A DNA stretch of 64,000 nucleotides, from contig CAVWPX010000007.1 in assembly GCA_963757055.1 (NCBI GenBank), forward strand, positions 5,618 to 69,617. The letters are read 5' to 3'. Both the position numbers and the translations under genes were made by a program. The stretch comes from an uncultured Chloroflexia bacterium. GTDB taxonomy: Bacteria > Chloroflexota > Limnocylindria > Limnocylindrales > CSP1-4. A model generated the notes under the pieces. It was not told the DNA's origin, made no database searches, and saw nothing but the letters and a program-made list of their open reading frames with translations. Shown in pieces: positions 1 through 13,460 of the stretch (the first letter of the stretch is position 1; each line of letters opens with the position of its first letter).

Positions 1-1
1 C

Positions 2-616
2 GCCACCGACATCTCCCCTGCGATCCTGGAATATGCCCAGGCTGAGGCCTCGAAGGCCGGGCTGTCGAACGTGACGACCCGAGTGATGGACGGCGAAGAT
101 CTCGAGGTGGAGCCCGGATCCTTCGATGCCGTGATCTCGCGCCTCGGATTGACCTACTTTCCCGACCAGCAACGGGCTCTCGGGGACATGCGCCGCGCAC
201 TGCGCGAGGGCGGACGGGTCGCGGCCATCGTCTACTCGACGCCCGAACGCAATCCGTTCAACTCCATCCCGATGTCGATCATCAGGCGACGTGGTGCGCT
301 ACCGCCGCTGCTCCCAGGACTGCCCGGACCGTTCAGCCTCGGGGCGCCGGGCGTGATCCCGGCCGCCTTCGAGACCGCCGGCTTTCATGATGTCGAAACC
401 CGCCTGGTCGACGCCCCGGTACGGCTGGCGTCGGCCGCCGAGTGTGTTCAATTCGAGCGGGAGTCGTTCGGAGGGCTGCGCCAGATGCTCTCCGGCTTGT
501 CGGAGTCCGACCGCAACGAGGCCTGGGGCGAGATCGAAACGGCCTTGGCCGCGTTCGAGGGTCCGGACGGTTTCGTCGGACCGTGCCAGCTGGTTGTCGC
601 CGCAGGGACCAGCTAG
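2..616 (+). CDS. Class I SAM-dependent methyltransferase (5'-truncated by window edge)
   Basis: Frame open from base 2 (ATDISPAILEYAQAEASKAGLSNVTTRVMDGEDL...FDAVISRLGL), typical UbiE-like methyltransferase motifs II/III. Confidence 0.85.
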   Translation, partial: ATDISPAILEYAQAEASKAGLSNVTTRVMDGEDLEVEPGSFDAVISRLGLTYFPDQQRALGDMRRALREGGRVAAIVYSTPERNPFNSIPMSIIRRRGALPPLLPGLPGPFSLGAPGVIPAAFETAGFHDVETRLVDAPVRLASAAECVQFERESFGGLRQMLSGLSESDRNEAWGEIETALAAFEGPDGFVGPCQLVVAAGTS

Positions 617-772
617 CTCGGCAACATCCACCGCCATCGGCTTGGACAGGTCGGCCATCACGCAGCGACGAGCGGCATGGCCCTGACCTGAAGGTATCCT
701 CCTCGCGCCCCACCCCCGCGCAAGAACGCGCTATGGTTGGTGCACGCGGAGGAGGCCCACCACAAGTTGCGA

Positions 773-1045
773 ATGGCGGATCTCCAGCCCGGCTGGGCGG
801 TGGTCGGGAATGATGGAAAGCGGGTCGGCGCCGTGCAGCGGGTCGGCCAGAACTACGTGCTCACCTCGATCGACGGGCGGGCCGGTGAGATCTACATTCC
901 CGCTTCTGCGATCGCCAACGTCGACCACGACGTCATCCATCTCTCGATGCCGCAGGGCGACGTCGCACAGATGGGATGGGGGCAGCCGCCGCGGGACGAC
1001 GACGTCCCGACCACGTCCGAGTCCGACCTCCACCGACATGTGTGA
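773..1045 (+). CDS. Small PRC-barrel-like / DUF2171-type protein
   Basis: MADLQPGWAVVGNDGKRVGAVQRVG...IYIPASAIANVD matches the 'V..DG..vG.V' PRC-barrel-like pattern; ATG at 773. Confidence 0.6.
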   Translation: MADLQPGWAVVGNDGKRVGAVQRVGQNYVLTSIDGRAGEIYIPASAIANVDHDVIHLSMPQGDVAQMGWGQPPRDDDVPTTSESDLHRHV

Positions 1046-1062
1046 CTCGGCGTCGACCGCGA

Positions 1063-1646
1063 TCAGCGGTGAAGCGTCGGCCGGTAGGTGAGCTCCAGGG
1101 TGTGGCCGTCGAGTGTCCTGCTCTCGATCAACTCGAGGTCGAAGTCGGCTGCACCTTCGAAGATCGGGCGCGCTCCGGTCTGGCCCGTGACCACGGGGAA
1201 GATGGTGACCTGCACGCGGTCGACCAGGCCGGCGGCCAAGAGCGCTCGGTTCATCGACAGGCTGCCGTGCGACCGCAGAGGCACGTCGGACTCCTCCTTG
1301 AGCCGGGCGACCACGTCGACGGCGTCGCCGCGCACCAGGGTCGCGTCCGGCCAATCGAGGGGTCATCGAGCGTCCTCGAGACGACCGTCGTCGGCAGGCT
1401 CCTCATCGCGCCGTTGACCGGGTCGACGTCCTTCAAGAACCCGGTGCGCGGGCCGATGGACTGCATGAACATCCGCATGGTGTTCGCGCCGACGACCAGC
1501 TGCTGCTGCTCGCGATAGAGGGCGAGGCGGCGATCGAGGAACTCTGGTCCCTGCTTGCCCCAGTACCCGCCCCAATCGCCTTCGGGACCGTAGGAGCCGT
1601 AGCCGTCGAGGGTCGAGAAGACGTCGAAGGTGTAGAGAGCGGTCAC
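1063..1646 (-). CDS. Dihydrofolate reductase / RibD C-terminal family protein (frameshift near 1360)
   Basis: GTG start at 1646 with GAGGAG RBS. N-part [12 protein letters not shown]...TTVVSRTL, C-part [11 protein letters not shown]...[29 protein letters not shown] lie in different frames. Confidence 0.8.
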
Positions 1647-1760
1647 GTTGGTCTCCTCGCGTTCTTGCCGACTGCTACATCCCGCGATCCGGGCGGTGTG
1701 ATCGCGCGCCGGTGGTCGTTGAAGAACCTCCTCGGAGCCGCAGCTCGACGATGAGGTGGG

Positions 1761-1839
<79 letters not shown>

Positions 1840-2046
1840 ACCGAGGTGCCCGTTGTACAGGGCCTGCGGATGATAGCGCACCGCGCCGCGGAGCCGCCGT
1901 CGAGGCCGATCCGTGCGGCCGGTGCCCTGGAAACCCTGACTCGCACCTGACCAAGGTCCCATCGAGGCCCGGACCACCGCGACCCTGACCACGCCTCGCG
2001 CGCGAGCCTATGGTGCAGAACGGCGACACCCTGCGGGCGGTGCCGC

Positions 2047-4496
2047 ATGCCAGTTGGAGCGCCACGCTTGGTCGATACCGGATCGGACGACCGACCACAC
2101 CTGGGACGCAGGCTTCCCCGGCCCCGATGGCCAGGACCGCGCGTGGTCCTCGTCGCCGCGGTGGTCGGCTCGCGTGCTGGGCGCCTCGGCCCTGACCGCC
2201 GAGGTCGTGTCGGACCATGTCCGTCAGTCCGCCACCGACGAGGCCGTCCACAGCGCCGAATCCGTCGTCCACGGGTTCGTCGACCCGCTCCTGACCGAGG
2301 GCGCGATGGCCGCCCCGGACAGCGCCGCCGGCCAGCAGATCGACGCCCAGCTCGAACAGCTCGTCGGGTCGGGCAACCTCCTCCGCGTCAAGATCTGGGG
2401 CCGCGACGGCACCGTGCTGTTCTCGGACCTGCCGGCCCTGCGCGGCCGCCAGTTCGAGGTCGACGACGACCTCGTGGAGGCCTTCGACGGCGAGATCTCG
2501 CATGACGTCTCGGACGGCACCGCGGCCGAGAACGAGTTCGAGCACGGCCTGGCCGACCGGCTCCTCGAGGTCTACCTGCCGGTCACCGGACCCGACGGCA
2601 AGGTCATCGCCGCCTACGAGGTCTATCAGAGCACGGCGGCCATCGACGCGAACATCGCCGCCACGAGACGTGACGTGTTCGCGATCGCCGTCGTCATCGC
2701 GATCGTCCTCGCGGCGCTGCTCATGGCCGCGTTCGATGGCACCTCCCGCCGGATGGGTCGCCAGAACCGCCAGCTCCGCCGGCTGACCGACACCCTCGCC
2801 GACAGCGAGGCACGCTTCCGCTCGCTGGTCCAGCACGCATCGGACCTGTTCGTCGTCGTCGACCGGGACGGCCGGATCCTGTACGAGAGCGTCGCCGTCG
2901 AGCGATTGCTCGGCTACCGGCCGGAGGATCGCGTCGGCCGGCGGTTCACCGACGGCGTCCACCCCGACGACCGCGACATCTTCACCCGCCATCTCGCGGC
3001 CATCGCCGAGCGCCCGGACGGGGAGATCGTCGGCGAGACCCGGTTCCTCCATCGCGACGGCCGATGGCTCGCCTTCGACTGGACCGCGCACAACCTCCTC
3101 GACGACCCGGCCGTCGGCGGGCTGGTCATCAACGCCCACGACGTCACCGAGCGGACCGACCTCGAGGCGCAGCTCCGCCACCAGTCGTTCCACGACCCGC
3201 TGACCGGTCTCGCCAACCGCGCCCTCTTCACGGACCGCGTCGGCCATTCGCTGGCCCGCCGCCGACGCGGTCGCGCGATGCCCGCGGTGCTGCTGATCGA
3301 CCTCGACGACTTCAAGAACGTCAACGACACCCTGGGCCACGGATCGGGCGACCGGCTGCTCGTCGAGGTCGCCCGGCGCCTCGGGGACACCATCCGGCCG
3401 GGCGACACGGCCTGCCGCCTGTCCGGCGACGAGTTCGCGGTCCTGCTCGAGGAGATCGGCGACATCGACCACGCGGTCGAGGTCGCGGACCGCGTCCTGG
3501 ACCAGATCGGCCGATCGGTCGACATCGGGCGCGAGGTCTCCGTGACGGCGAGCATCGGGGTCGCGATGGTCGACGCCGAGGTCGACGACGCCGACGACCT
3601 GCTGGCCCGCGCCGACGTCGCGATGTACGCGGCGAAGACGGCCGGCAAGGGGCGCTGCGAGCGCTACGAGCCGGCGATGCGGGCACGGGCCTGGTCCCGC
3701 CTCGAGCTGGAGGCCGAGCTCCGCCGCGCGATCGGCGCCGGCCAGATCGCGGTCGTCTACCAGCCGATCCTCGACCTGCACAGCCGTCTGCCGGTCGAGA
3801 TGGAGGCCCTCGTCCGCTGGGACCACCCGCAGCGCGGCCGGCTCGCCCCGGCGGACTTCATCGGCGTCGCCGAGGAGAGCGGGCTCATCGTGCCGCTCGG
3901 CCGGTTCGTGCTCGAGGAGGCGTGCCGGCAGGCGAGCGCGTGGCCGCACCAGCCCGGCGGCCGGCCGATCGACCTGAGCGTCAACCTCTCGAGCCGCCAG
4001 TTCCGCGACCCGGGCCTGCTCGACACGATCGCGTCGTCGCTGGCGCGGGCCGACCTCTCGCCGGCGAACCTGAAGCTCGAGATCACCGAGTCCGCGATGC
4101 TCGACGCCGACGCGTCGGACCTGCTGATGCGGCGCATCCGCGACCTCGGCGTGCGCATCGCCGTCGACGACTTCGGGACGGGGTTCTCCGGTCTCAGCTA
4201 CTTCCAGCGGTTCCCGCTGGACACGCTCAAGATCGACCGCTCGTTCGTCGCCGGGCTGGGCCGCGACCCGCGCAGCGGCGCCATCGTCCACGCCACGATC
4301 GCGTTCGCGAAGGCGCTCGGGCTGACGGTCACCGCCGAGGGCATCGAGACCGAGGACCAGTTCGAGCGGGTGCGCGCGCTCGGGCGCCGATCTCGGCCAG
4401 GGCTACCTGTTCTCGAAGCCGCTCGAGGCGGCCGGCGTCGCGGCGTATCTCGCGAGCACCCGAAAGGCGGGCACCAAGAAGGCCAGCGCGGCCTAG
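2047..4496 (+). CDS. Membrane-anchored PAS-GGDEF-EAL c-di-GMP enzyme (probable frameshifts near 2170 and 4385)
   Basis: Two TM segments flanking an extracytoplasmic domain, PAS (VHPDD), HDPLTGLANR, DLDDFK, RLSGDEF, EAL, DDFGTG; the C-terminal GQGYLFSKP lies in another frame ending TAG at 4496. Start position uncertain. Confidence 0.85.
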
Positions 4497-5740
4497 TCCC
4501 CGATCGCGATCTCGGCCTCGTGCGCGGCGTTCGAGCGGGCGCGCGCGTCGGCATGGATCGGCAGGGTGCCCAGGGCGGCCAGCACGAACGTCAGGGCCAT
4601 CAGCCCGAAGACGATGGGCACGCCGGTCGCCTCGCCGTAGGTCTGGATCACGATGCCGTACAGCGCCGTCCAGAGCGACCCGATGCCGAAGGCGAACGCG
4701 AAGTAGACCGCGTAGGACGCGTCGCGGATCGACGGCGGCGCGATGTCGCCGAGCAGCGCCTGGAGCTGCGGGCTCTCGGCGAAGCTGAACAGGCCCATCA
4801 GGACGATCCCGGCCCACAGCCAGACGAGCGAGGTCCCGGCCAGCAGGAACACGGCGAACCCGATGGCGCCGCCGAGGTAGACGCCGACGATCAGCGGCTT
4901 GCGCCCGATGCGGTCCGACAGCCAGCCGGCGACGAGCGGCATCGGTACGGAGAAGACGATGAGGGCGCCGTACATCAGCCCGGACGTCGCCTCGTCGAAG
5001 CCGAGGACCTGGGTCAGGTAGATCAGCACGAACAGGTTGACCACGCCGAGACCGCGCCCGCCGCCGCCGAGCGCGGACGTGAGGTACAGCCAGCGCAGGT
5101 CGCGGTCGCCGAAGATCCGCCGGAACGCGCTCCGGACGTTCCCGCTGGCGATGGCCGCGGCGCGGTCCGTGCCGCGCTCCTTGACCAGCAGCAGGATCAG
5201 CACCGCGATGACGATGGCCGGGATCCCGAAGATGACCGACGTCCAGCGCCAGCCGACCAGCGCGATGAGCGGGACGCCGACGATCGCGACGATCACGGTC
5301 CCGACGTTGCCGCCGGCGATGTGGGCGCTGATCGCGAAGCCGCGCCGCTCGGCCGGGAACTGCTCGGCGAGCAGGCCGTTGCCCACCGGGTGCTGGGGCG
5401 ACCCGCCGATGCGCGAGGCGATGTTGGGGATCGCGAAGGTCAGCAGGCTGACCGCGAGCGCCTGGAGCGCGAACCCGCCACCGAACAGGATCCCGCCGGC
5501 CCCGAGCAGCCATCGCCGGGAGAAGCGGCGGGTCAGCCCCGCGTAGCTCAGCTGCACGAGCCCCGACGACACCGCCCCGATCGCGGCGAGGAAGGCGATG
5601 CTCTCGACGCTGACCCCGAACTCCTCGATGAGCTTGAGGTAGATCAGCGGCAGGACGACGGCCTGCGCATGGTTGACCGCATGGGCCACCGAGAGCAGGC
5701 CGAGCGAGCGCATCGGCCGGATCTCGGCCACGTCGTGCAT
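4493..5740 (-). CDS. MFS transporter
   Basis: About 12 hydrophobic segments; motif GWLSDRIGRKP; ORF 4493..5812 with likely ATG at 5740 or 5758. Confidence 0.9.
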   Translation of the reverse strand: MHDVAEIRPMRSLGLLSVAHAVNHAQAVVLPLIYLKLIEEFGVSVESIAFLAAIGAVSSGLVQLSYAGLTRRFSRRWLLGAGGILFGGGFALQALAVSLLTFAIPNIASRIGGSPQHPVGNGLLAEQFPAERRGFAISAHIAGGNVGTVIVAIVGVPLIALVGWRWTSVIFGIPAIVIAVLILLLVKERGTDRAAAIASGNVRSAFRRIFGDRDLRWLYLTSALGGGGRGLGVVNLFVLIYLTQVLGFDEATSGLMYGALIVFSVPMPLVAGWLSDRIGRKPLIVGVYLGGAIGFAVFLLAGTSLVWLWAGIVLMGLFSFAESPQLQALLGDIAPPSIRDASYAVYFAFAFGIGSLWTALYGIVIQTYGEATGVPIVFGLMALTFVLAALGTLPIHADARARSNAAHEAEIAIGD

Positions 5741-5841
5741 CCGCGTATCGTGCGGCATCGTTGGCCTATCGCGTCGGTCCAAGTCGCGCGGCCCCGCACG
5801 ATGCGGTTGCAACGGGGGGCCGTTTCCGCCATCGTGCGTCG

Positions 5842-6234
5842 ATGACCACGGTCCTGATCGTCGACGACGAACCGAACATCCGCACGCTCATCGAGCAGGC
5901 CCTCGAGGACCTCACCGACGAGGGCGTCGAGATCGTCACGGCATCGGACGGCGACGAGGCGATCGAGGTCGTCCGCGCCCGCGAGCCGCGCCTCGTCTTC
6001 CTCGACGTGATGATGCCCAAGCGGAACGGCTTCGACGTCTGCCGGGCCATCAAGACCGAGCTCGGCCTGCCGGACACCTTCGTCGTGATGCTCACCGCCC
6101 GCGGCCAGTCGTACGACCGCAAGGCGGGCAGCGACGCCGGCGCGGACCTGTACCTGACCAAGCCGTTCGACCCGGACGTCCTCCTCGGACATGCCCGCGA
6201 GGCGCTCGGCCTCGGCAGCACCGAACCCGCTTGA
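5842..6234 (+). CDS. Single-domain response regulator
   Basis: TVLIVDDEPNIR...VFLDVMMPKRNGFDVC...MLTA...YLTKPFD receiver motifs; no output domain. Confidence 0.92.
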   Translation: MTTVLIVDDEPNIRTLIEQALEDLTDEGVEIVTASDGDEAIEVVRAREPRLVFLDVMMPKRNGFDVCRAIKTELGLPDTFVVMLTARGQSYDRKAGSDAGADLYLTKPFDPDVLLGHAREALGLGSTEPA

Positions 6235-6254
6235 CCCGTCGTCCGCCGCGGACC

Positions 6255-7920
6255 ATGGGCCCCGGGGCCATCGCCCTCGGGGTCGGCGCCTCCCTCCTCG
6301 TCATCGCGTATCTCGTCGGGCGCGGCCCGGCCGCGGAGTCGATCGCGATCGTCCTCGCGGCGATCCTGCCCGCGTCGCTCGTGCTGTACGGCGGCGCCGC
6401 GCGGCGCCGCTCGCGGGAGCTGCGCTACCAGCAGAGCCTGACCGAGCGCGCCTATCGCCAGTCCGAGGCGGCCAACCAGGACCTCACCGCGCGCCTCGCG
6501 GAGCTGATGACCCTCAACGAGCTCGCCGTGTCGGCCAGCTCCACGCTGGACCAGGACGAGCTGCTGGACCGCTCGCTCGAGGCGGTCATCCGGCACCTCC
6601 GCTTCGACCGGGCGCTGATCCTGCTCGCCGACGAGGAGCGGCGGGTCCTCGGCAAGGGCCGCTCGGTCGGCGGCAGCGCCGAGATGGCCGCGATGGTCGC
6701 CGGGCTGGAGCTGTCCTTCGATCTCGAGAGCTCGCAGCTGGTCCAGCTCTTCGAGTCCGATGGTCCGGTGCTGTTCCGCGACGTCAGCCGGGACCCGGAC
6801 GAGCGCAACCGGGCGCTCGCCGAGCTGCTCGAGGTCGATTCCTTCCTCGGGACGCCGCTGACCAGCAAGGGCCAGGTCGTCGGCATCCTCGCGGTCGACA
6901 ACCGCCTGTCCGGCCGCGACGTCATGCCGGGCGACGGGCCGCTCCTCTACACGATCGGCAACCTGATCGCCGCGGGCGTCGTGAACGCGCGCCTGTACGC
7001 CGAGGTCGAGAGCCAGAAGGCGGTCCTCGAGCAGCGCGTCGTCGAGCGGACGGCGGCCCTGGCGACCGCGATCGAGGAGGCCCAGGCCGCGCGGATCGCC
7101 GCCGAGGCCGCGTCCGAGGCCAAGGGGTCGTTCCTCTCGAACGTGAGCCACGAGCTGCGGACGCCGCTGACGTCGATGGTCGGCTTCTCCAAGCTGATCC
7201 GCCGCCGGCTGGAGGACGTGGTCTTCCCGGCCATCGAGCCGGGTGACCCGAAGCGCGACCGCGCGATGCGCCAGATCTCGGAGAACCTCGGGATCATCGT
7301 GGACGAGGGCGACCGGCTCACCTCGCTGATCAACGACACCCTGGACCTGGCCAAGATCGAGGCCGGCCGGATGGAGTGGCGGCGCGACCCCGTGGCGATC
7401 GGCGACGTCATCGCCCGCGCGACGGCAGCGACCTCGTCATTGCTCGACCGCGACGGCCCGACGCATGGTCGTCGCCGTGGCCGACGACCTGCCGCCGGTC
7501 ATCGGGGATCGCGACCGCCTGATCCAGGTGGTGATCAACCTGATCTCGAACGCGGTCAAGTTCACGCCGTCGGGGACGATCACGTGCGCGGCGCGGCTCG
7601 CGACCGCTCGACGCCGATGCGGCCGACCGGCCGACGGGGCGCGCTCGCCGTCCCAGGAGATCGTCGTCAGCGTGACCGACACGGGCGTCGGGATCGCCCA
7701 GGCCGATCACGAGAAGGTCTTCGAGCAGTTCGGCCAGGCCGGCGACACCCTCACCGACAAGCCGCGCGGCACCGGGCTGGGCCTGCCGATCTGCCGCGAG
7801 ATCGTGGAGCACCACGGCGGCCGGATCTGGGTCGACTCGGAGCTGGGCCACGGCGCCACGTTCAGCTTCGCCCTGCCCGTGCCGGTCCACGCGGAGACGA
7901 CGGCCTCGATCCTCGCCTGA
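6255..7920 (+). CDS. GAF-domain sensor histidine kinase (frameshift near 7460)
   Basis: Two N-terminal TM helices, GAF, H-box FLSNVSHELRTPL; N/G1/G2 boxes (NLISNAVKFT, DTGVGI, GTGLGL) in the next frame. Confidence 0.9.
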
Positions 7921-7975
7921 CGCCGGGGGCCGGCCGCAGACGGCCGAGCCGCCGCCCGCGAACCCGCGGCGCCCC

Positions 7976-8248
7976 CTACTTGTGCTTGGGGACCTCGTAG
8001 AGGTCGGCCTGCGTGGTCTTGTGGCTGGACCCCGAGCCGCTCGACCCGGACCCGCTCGATCCGCTGTCGTGCTGCTTCGGCAGGATGTACAGGATCATCA
8101 GGGCGATCGGCCCGAACACGATGCCGAGCGCACCCCAGACCGCGGGCCGTCGCCCGAACTTCCGTGCGCCCTGATACGCGTAGACCGCGCACACGACCCA
8201 GACCACGGCTCCGAGGATGAGTGCGCCACCGAAGTAGACCGGTTCCAT
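7976..8248 (-). CDS. Small two-TM membrane protein with Ser/Gly linker
   Basis: MEPVYFGGALILGAVVWVVCAVYAY...WGALGIVFGPIALMILYILP; GGAGA RBS upstream of ATG 8248. Confidence 0.7.
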   Translation of the reverse strand: MEPVYFGGALILGAVVWVVCAVYAYQGARKFGRRPAVWGALGIVFGPIALMILYILPKQHDSGSSGSGSSGSGSSHKTTQADLYEVPKHK

Positions 8249-8324
8249 CGAGTCTCCTTGCATCCGACGGCCTGGACTGGTCGAGGTTGCGTTCGACTCG
8301 GGGGCAGCGTCGCCGGACAAGGAT

Positions 8325-8355
8325 AAACCCGGCCGAGGGGGCCTCGACCGGGTTT
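8325..8355 (-). terminator. Intrinsic terminator downstream of glnA
   Basis: AAACCCGG/CCGGGTTT outer stem (8325-8332/8348-8355) plus CGAGG/CCTCG inner stem; followed on the minus strand by ATCCTT. Confidence 0.6.
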
Positions 8356-8395
8356 CCGGGTGACGTCGTTCCGCCCGCCGTCGGCGGGCTTGGTC

Positions 8396-10540
<2,145 letters not shown>

Positions 10541-10684
10541 GGGTCTCCTGTCAGGGTTCCTCGGCGTCCGTGGGACGCCCCATTGCAGGTCGTTCCGTAA
10601 CCCTAGCAGTGGGTCGGGTTGCGATTCAGTACCCGTCCGTCCGTCGCAACCTTGTGCATCGGCGTTAGCGGCGGAGGCCCTCGC

Positions 10685-12152
10685 TCAGGCGGTGCCGGGA
10701 GGCGACGGCTCCGGCGGCCGGCGGACCGCCACGAGGTCGTCGAGGAGGTGCCCGAACTCGCGCTCGACATCGACGTAGCGGTCCGATCGCCAGACGACGG
10801 CGAGGCGGCCGTCGGCGGTCAGCCGGGTCCAGACGCGGCGGCGCGGCAGGTAGAACGTGATGGTGATCCCGGCGATCAGCGAGATGAACGCGAGCCAGAT
10901 GATCCCCTGCCCCGGATCGTGCTTGGCGATCAGCAGCGTGTACGCCCCGACGTCCCGGAGCTGGACGGACAGGCCCAGCGCGTCCGAGACGCGGGTGTCG
11001 CCCGGGCTCAGGGCGGTCGCGTCGAAGTTCTCGGTGATCGGCGTCCCGTCCGGGTTCTCGCCGGTCACCCGGTACGGCAGCATCAGCACGACCGTCGAGC
11101 CGTCGTCGGCCTTGCGCAGCAGGAGCTGCAGGCCGATGTCGCGGCCCGGGACCGGCAGGATGCCGTACGGCGAGCCGTCGGCGGCATCGGTCAGCGGGAC
11201 CGCGCCGTCCCACAGCGGCCGACCGTCCGCGTCCTTGACGATGAGGTACGGCGCCGGCCCGAAGCCGTTCTGGTGGAACGTGTAGCCGCCGATCGAGAGC
11301 GGGTCGTTGACGCGGATCGTCTTGCGCGCGATCTGCTGGCCGTTCTGGTAGACCGCGAGGTCCGTGGTGAAGTCCGACGCCTGGCCGGTGTCGAACCCAG
11401 GCGCTTCGAAGTCGAGGTTCTTCACCAGCAGCAGCCCGGGCGTCCCGATCGGCTGGACCGTGAGCGATTCGCCCTCGGGCACGACCAGGCCCTGCTCGTC
11501 GCCGAGCCGCGAGGTCACGGCCGCGGCGACCAGGAACAGCACCAGCCCGGTGTGGGTGAGCAGCGTCGCCATCTTCGTGAACTGGTGGCGGTCGCCGTAC
11601 AGGATAGGTCGTGCCGTCGGCCGCGCTCGCCTCGCGGACCCGGAAATGGTTGCGCCGGAGGGCGGTCCGCGCGTCCGCGGCCGCGACCCCGGTCATCGCG
11701 GCACGGTCCGGGAGCCGCGGGTCGAAGTACGGCTCGGGCTGGTCGACCCGGATGTCCGCGACGCCGCGCCACAGCTTGGGCGTCCGGTCGAGGGTGCAGA
11801 CGACGATCGAGATCACCAGCAGGGTCAGCCCGGCGCTGAACCAGATCGAGCGGAAGATGTTGAAGACCGACAGCCGCTCGAGGATCTCGACGATCGCCGC
11901 GCCCATGACCGGGTCGTAGCGCGTGTGGATGTCCTCGATCGCGGCGGCGTAGTCGCCGGCGGAGCGGAACGCGAAGTCGGGCAGCTGCTTGATGGTCATG
12001 CCGATGAGGGCCATGACCAGCAGCGTGATGATCTGCGCGACCGCGAAGTCGACCGAGGTCAGCAGGCGCCAGATCCCACGCCCGACCCGGGCGAAGGCAT
12101 TCGACGGGGCGGGTCGGGTGATGGCGGCCGGGACGGCCGTCCGGGTCGCGAT
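10685..12152 (-). CDS. resB: Cytochrome c biogenesis protein ResB/Ccs1 (frameshift near 11610)
   Basis: IGMTIKQLP, IFRSIWF..L.LL.ISIVVCTLDR, LLTHTGLVLFL, IRVNDPLSIGGYTFHQNGFG, DPGQGIIWLAF. Start codon is non-canonical or an error (see findings). Confidence 0.85.
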
Positions 12153-12162
12153 GGCGGGACTC

Positions 12163-13416
12163 CTAGACGGCGGCCGGGGTCGCTGGTGCGCGGACCGCGC
12201 GGGCGACGGCGAGCGCGTCCGCGATGTCGGCCTCGATGTCCTCCACGTCCTCGAGGCCGACCGAGACGCGCAGCAGGCCGGGGCTGATCCCGGCCGCGAG
12301 CAGCTCGGCCTCGCTCATCTGGCGCTGCGACGTCGAGGGCGGGTGGACGACCATCGTGTGGACGCTGCCGAGCGAGGCGGTCAGCTCGGGGAGCGTCAGG
12401 GCGTCGATGAGCGCCTGGCCGGCGGCGCGCCCGCCGGCGACCTCGAACGCGAGCATCCCGCCCGCGGCACCCGGCCGGAACTGGCGCATGGCCGTGGCGT
12501 GCTGCGGATGGCTGGGAAGGCCCGGGTACAGGACGCGGTCCACGCCGTCCTGGCGCTCGAGCCACTCGGCGAGGGCCGCGGCGTTCCGCGCGTGCCGCTC
12601 GCCGCGGACGCCGAGGGTCAGCATCCCGCGCAGGACGAGGAACGCCTCGAGCGGGCCGAGCGTCGCGCCGGTCTCGATCTGGACGCGCTCGACGTCCGCG
12701 ATGCGCGCCGCCGATCCCGCCACCACGCCGGCGATCAGGTCGCTGTGCCCGCCGAGGAACTTCGTCGCCGATTCGACGACCAGGTCCGCGCCCAGCTCGA
12801 GCGGGCGGCAGATGTACGGGCTGGCGAACGTGTTGTCGACGACGTACGTGGCGCCGTGGCGATGGGCCAGCTCGGACAGCGCCGCGTGGTCGCTGACGGC
12901 GGTCGTGGGGTTGGCGATCGTCTCGGCATAGAGGACGCGCGTCGGCGCGGCCTGGAGCGCCTCGGTCACGGCGTCGAGGTCGGTCATGTCGACGATGTCG
13001 ATGCGGACGCCGAAGCCGCCGAAGGTCCGCAGCATCTGGGTCCGGGTCGAGCCGTAGACCGCGGCCGGCGCCACGATCCGGTCGCCGGTCCGGACCAGCG
13101 AGGCGAGCGCGGCGTGGATCGCCCCCATCCCGGACGCGACGGCGACGCCGGCCTCGCCCGAGGCGATCTCGGCGTAGGCCGCGCCGAGCGCGGACGTCGT
13201 CGGGTTGGCGATCCGGCTGTACGCGAACCCGCCGCGCGGGTCCCCGGCGGCCCGGCCCAGCTCTTCGGCGTCGCCCGAGGCGAACGTCGCGGTCTGGTAG
13301 ATCGGGACGCTCGTGGGCGTCTGCTCGATCCGCGGGATGCGCGATGCCGCCCGGATCGCGCGCGTGGAGAAGCCGCTCGCCCGTCCGGCGGGGTCGCGGG
13401 GATCGGGGTCGCTCAC
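12163..13416 (-). CDS. PLP-dependent trans-sulfuration enzyme (cystathionine gamma-synthase/lyase or methionine gamma-lyase family)
   Basis: PIYQTATF, YSRIANPT, SGMGAI, ETIANP, VVDNTFASP, SATKFLGGHSD (PLP lysine), LRVSVGLED. Confidence 0.92.
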   Translation of the reverse strand: MSDPDPRDPAGRASGFSTRAIRAASRIPRIEQTPTSVPIYQTATFASGDAEELGRAAGDPRGGFAYSRIANPTTSALGAAYAEIASGEAGVAVASGMGAIHAALASLVRTGDRIVAPAAVYGSTRTQMLRTFGGFGVRIDIVDMTDLDAVTEALQAAPTRVLYAETIANPTTAVSDHAALSELAHRHGATYVVDNTFASPYICRPLELGADLVVESATKFLGGHSDLIAGVVAGSAARIADVERVQIETGATLGPLEAFLVLRGMLTLGVRGERHARNAAALAEWLERQDGVDRVLYPGLPSHPQHATAMRQFRPGAAGGMLAFEVAGGRAAGQALIDALTLPELTASLGSVHTMVVHPPSTSQRQMSEAELLAAGISPGLLRVSVGLEDVEDIEADIADALAVARAVRAPATPAAV

Positions 13417-13460
13417 GGCCGGATGCTACACCGGACTCGCGCGGCGGGGACGGAGGCCGC

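Noticed and set aside
8030-8075. Short tandem repeat encoding SGSSGSGSSGSGSS
   Set aside because: Low-complexity protein linker; not a CRISPR array or mobile repeat.
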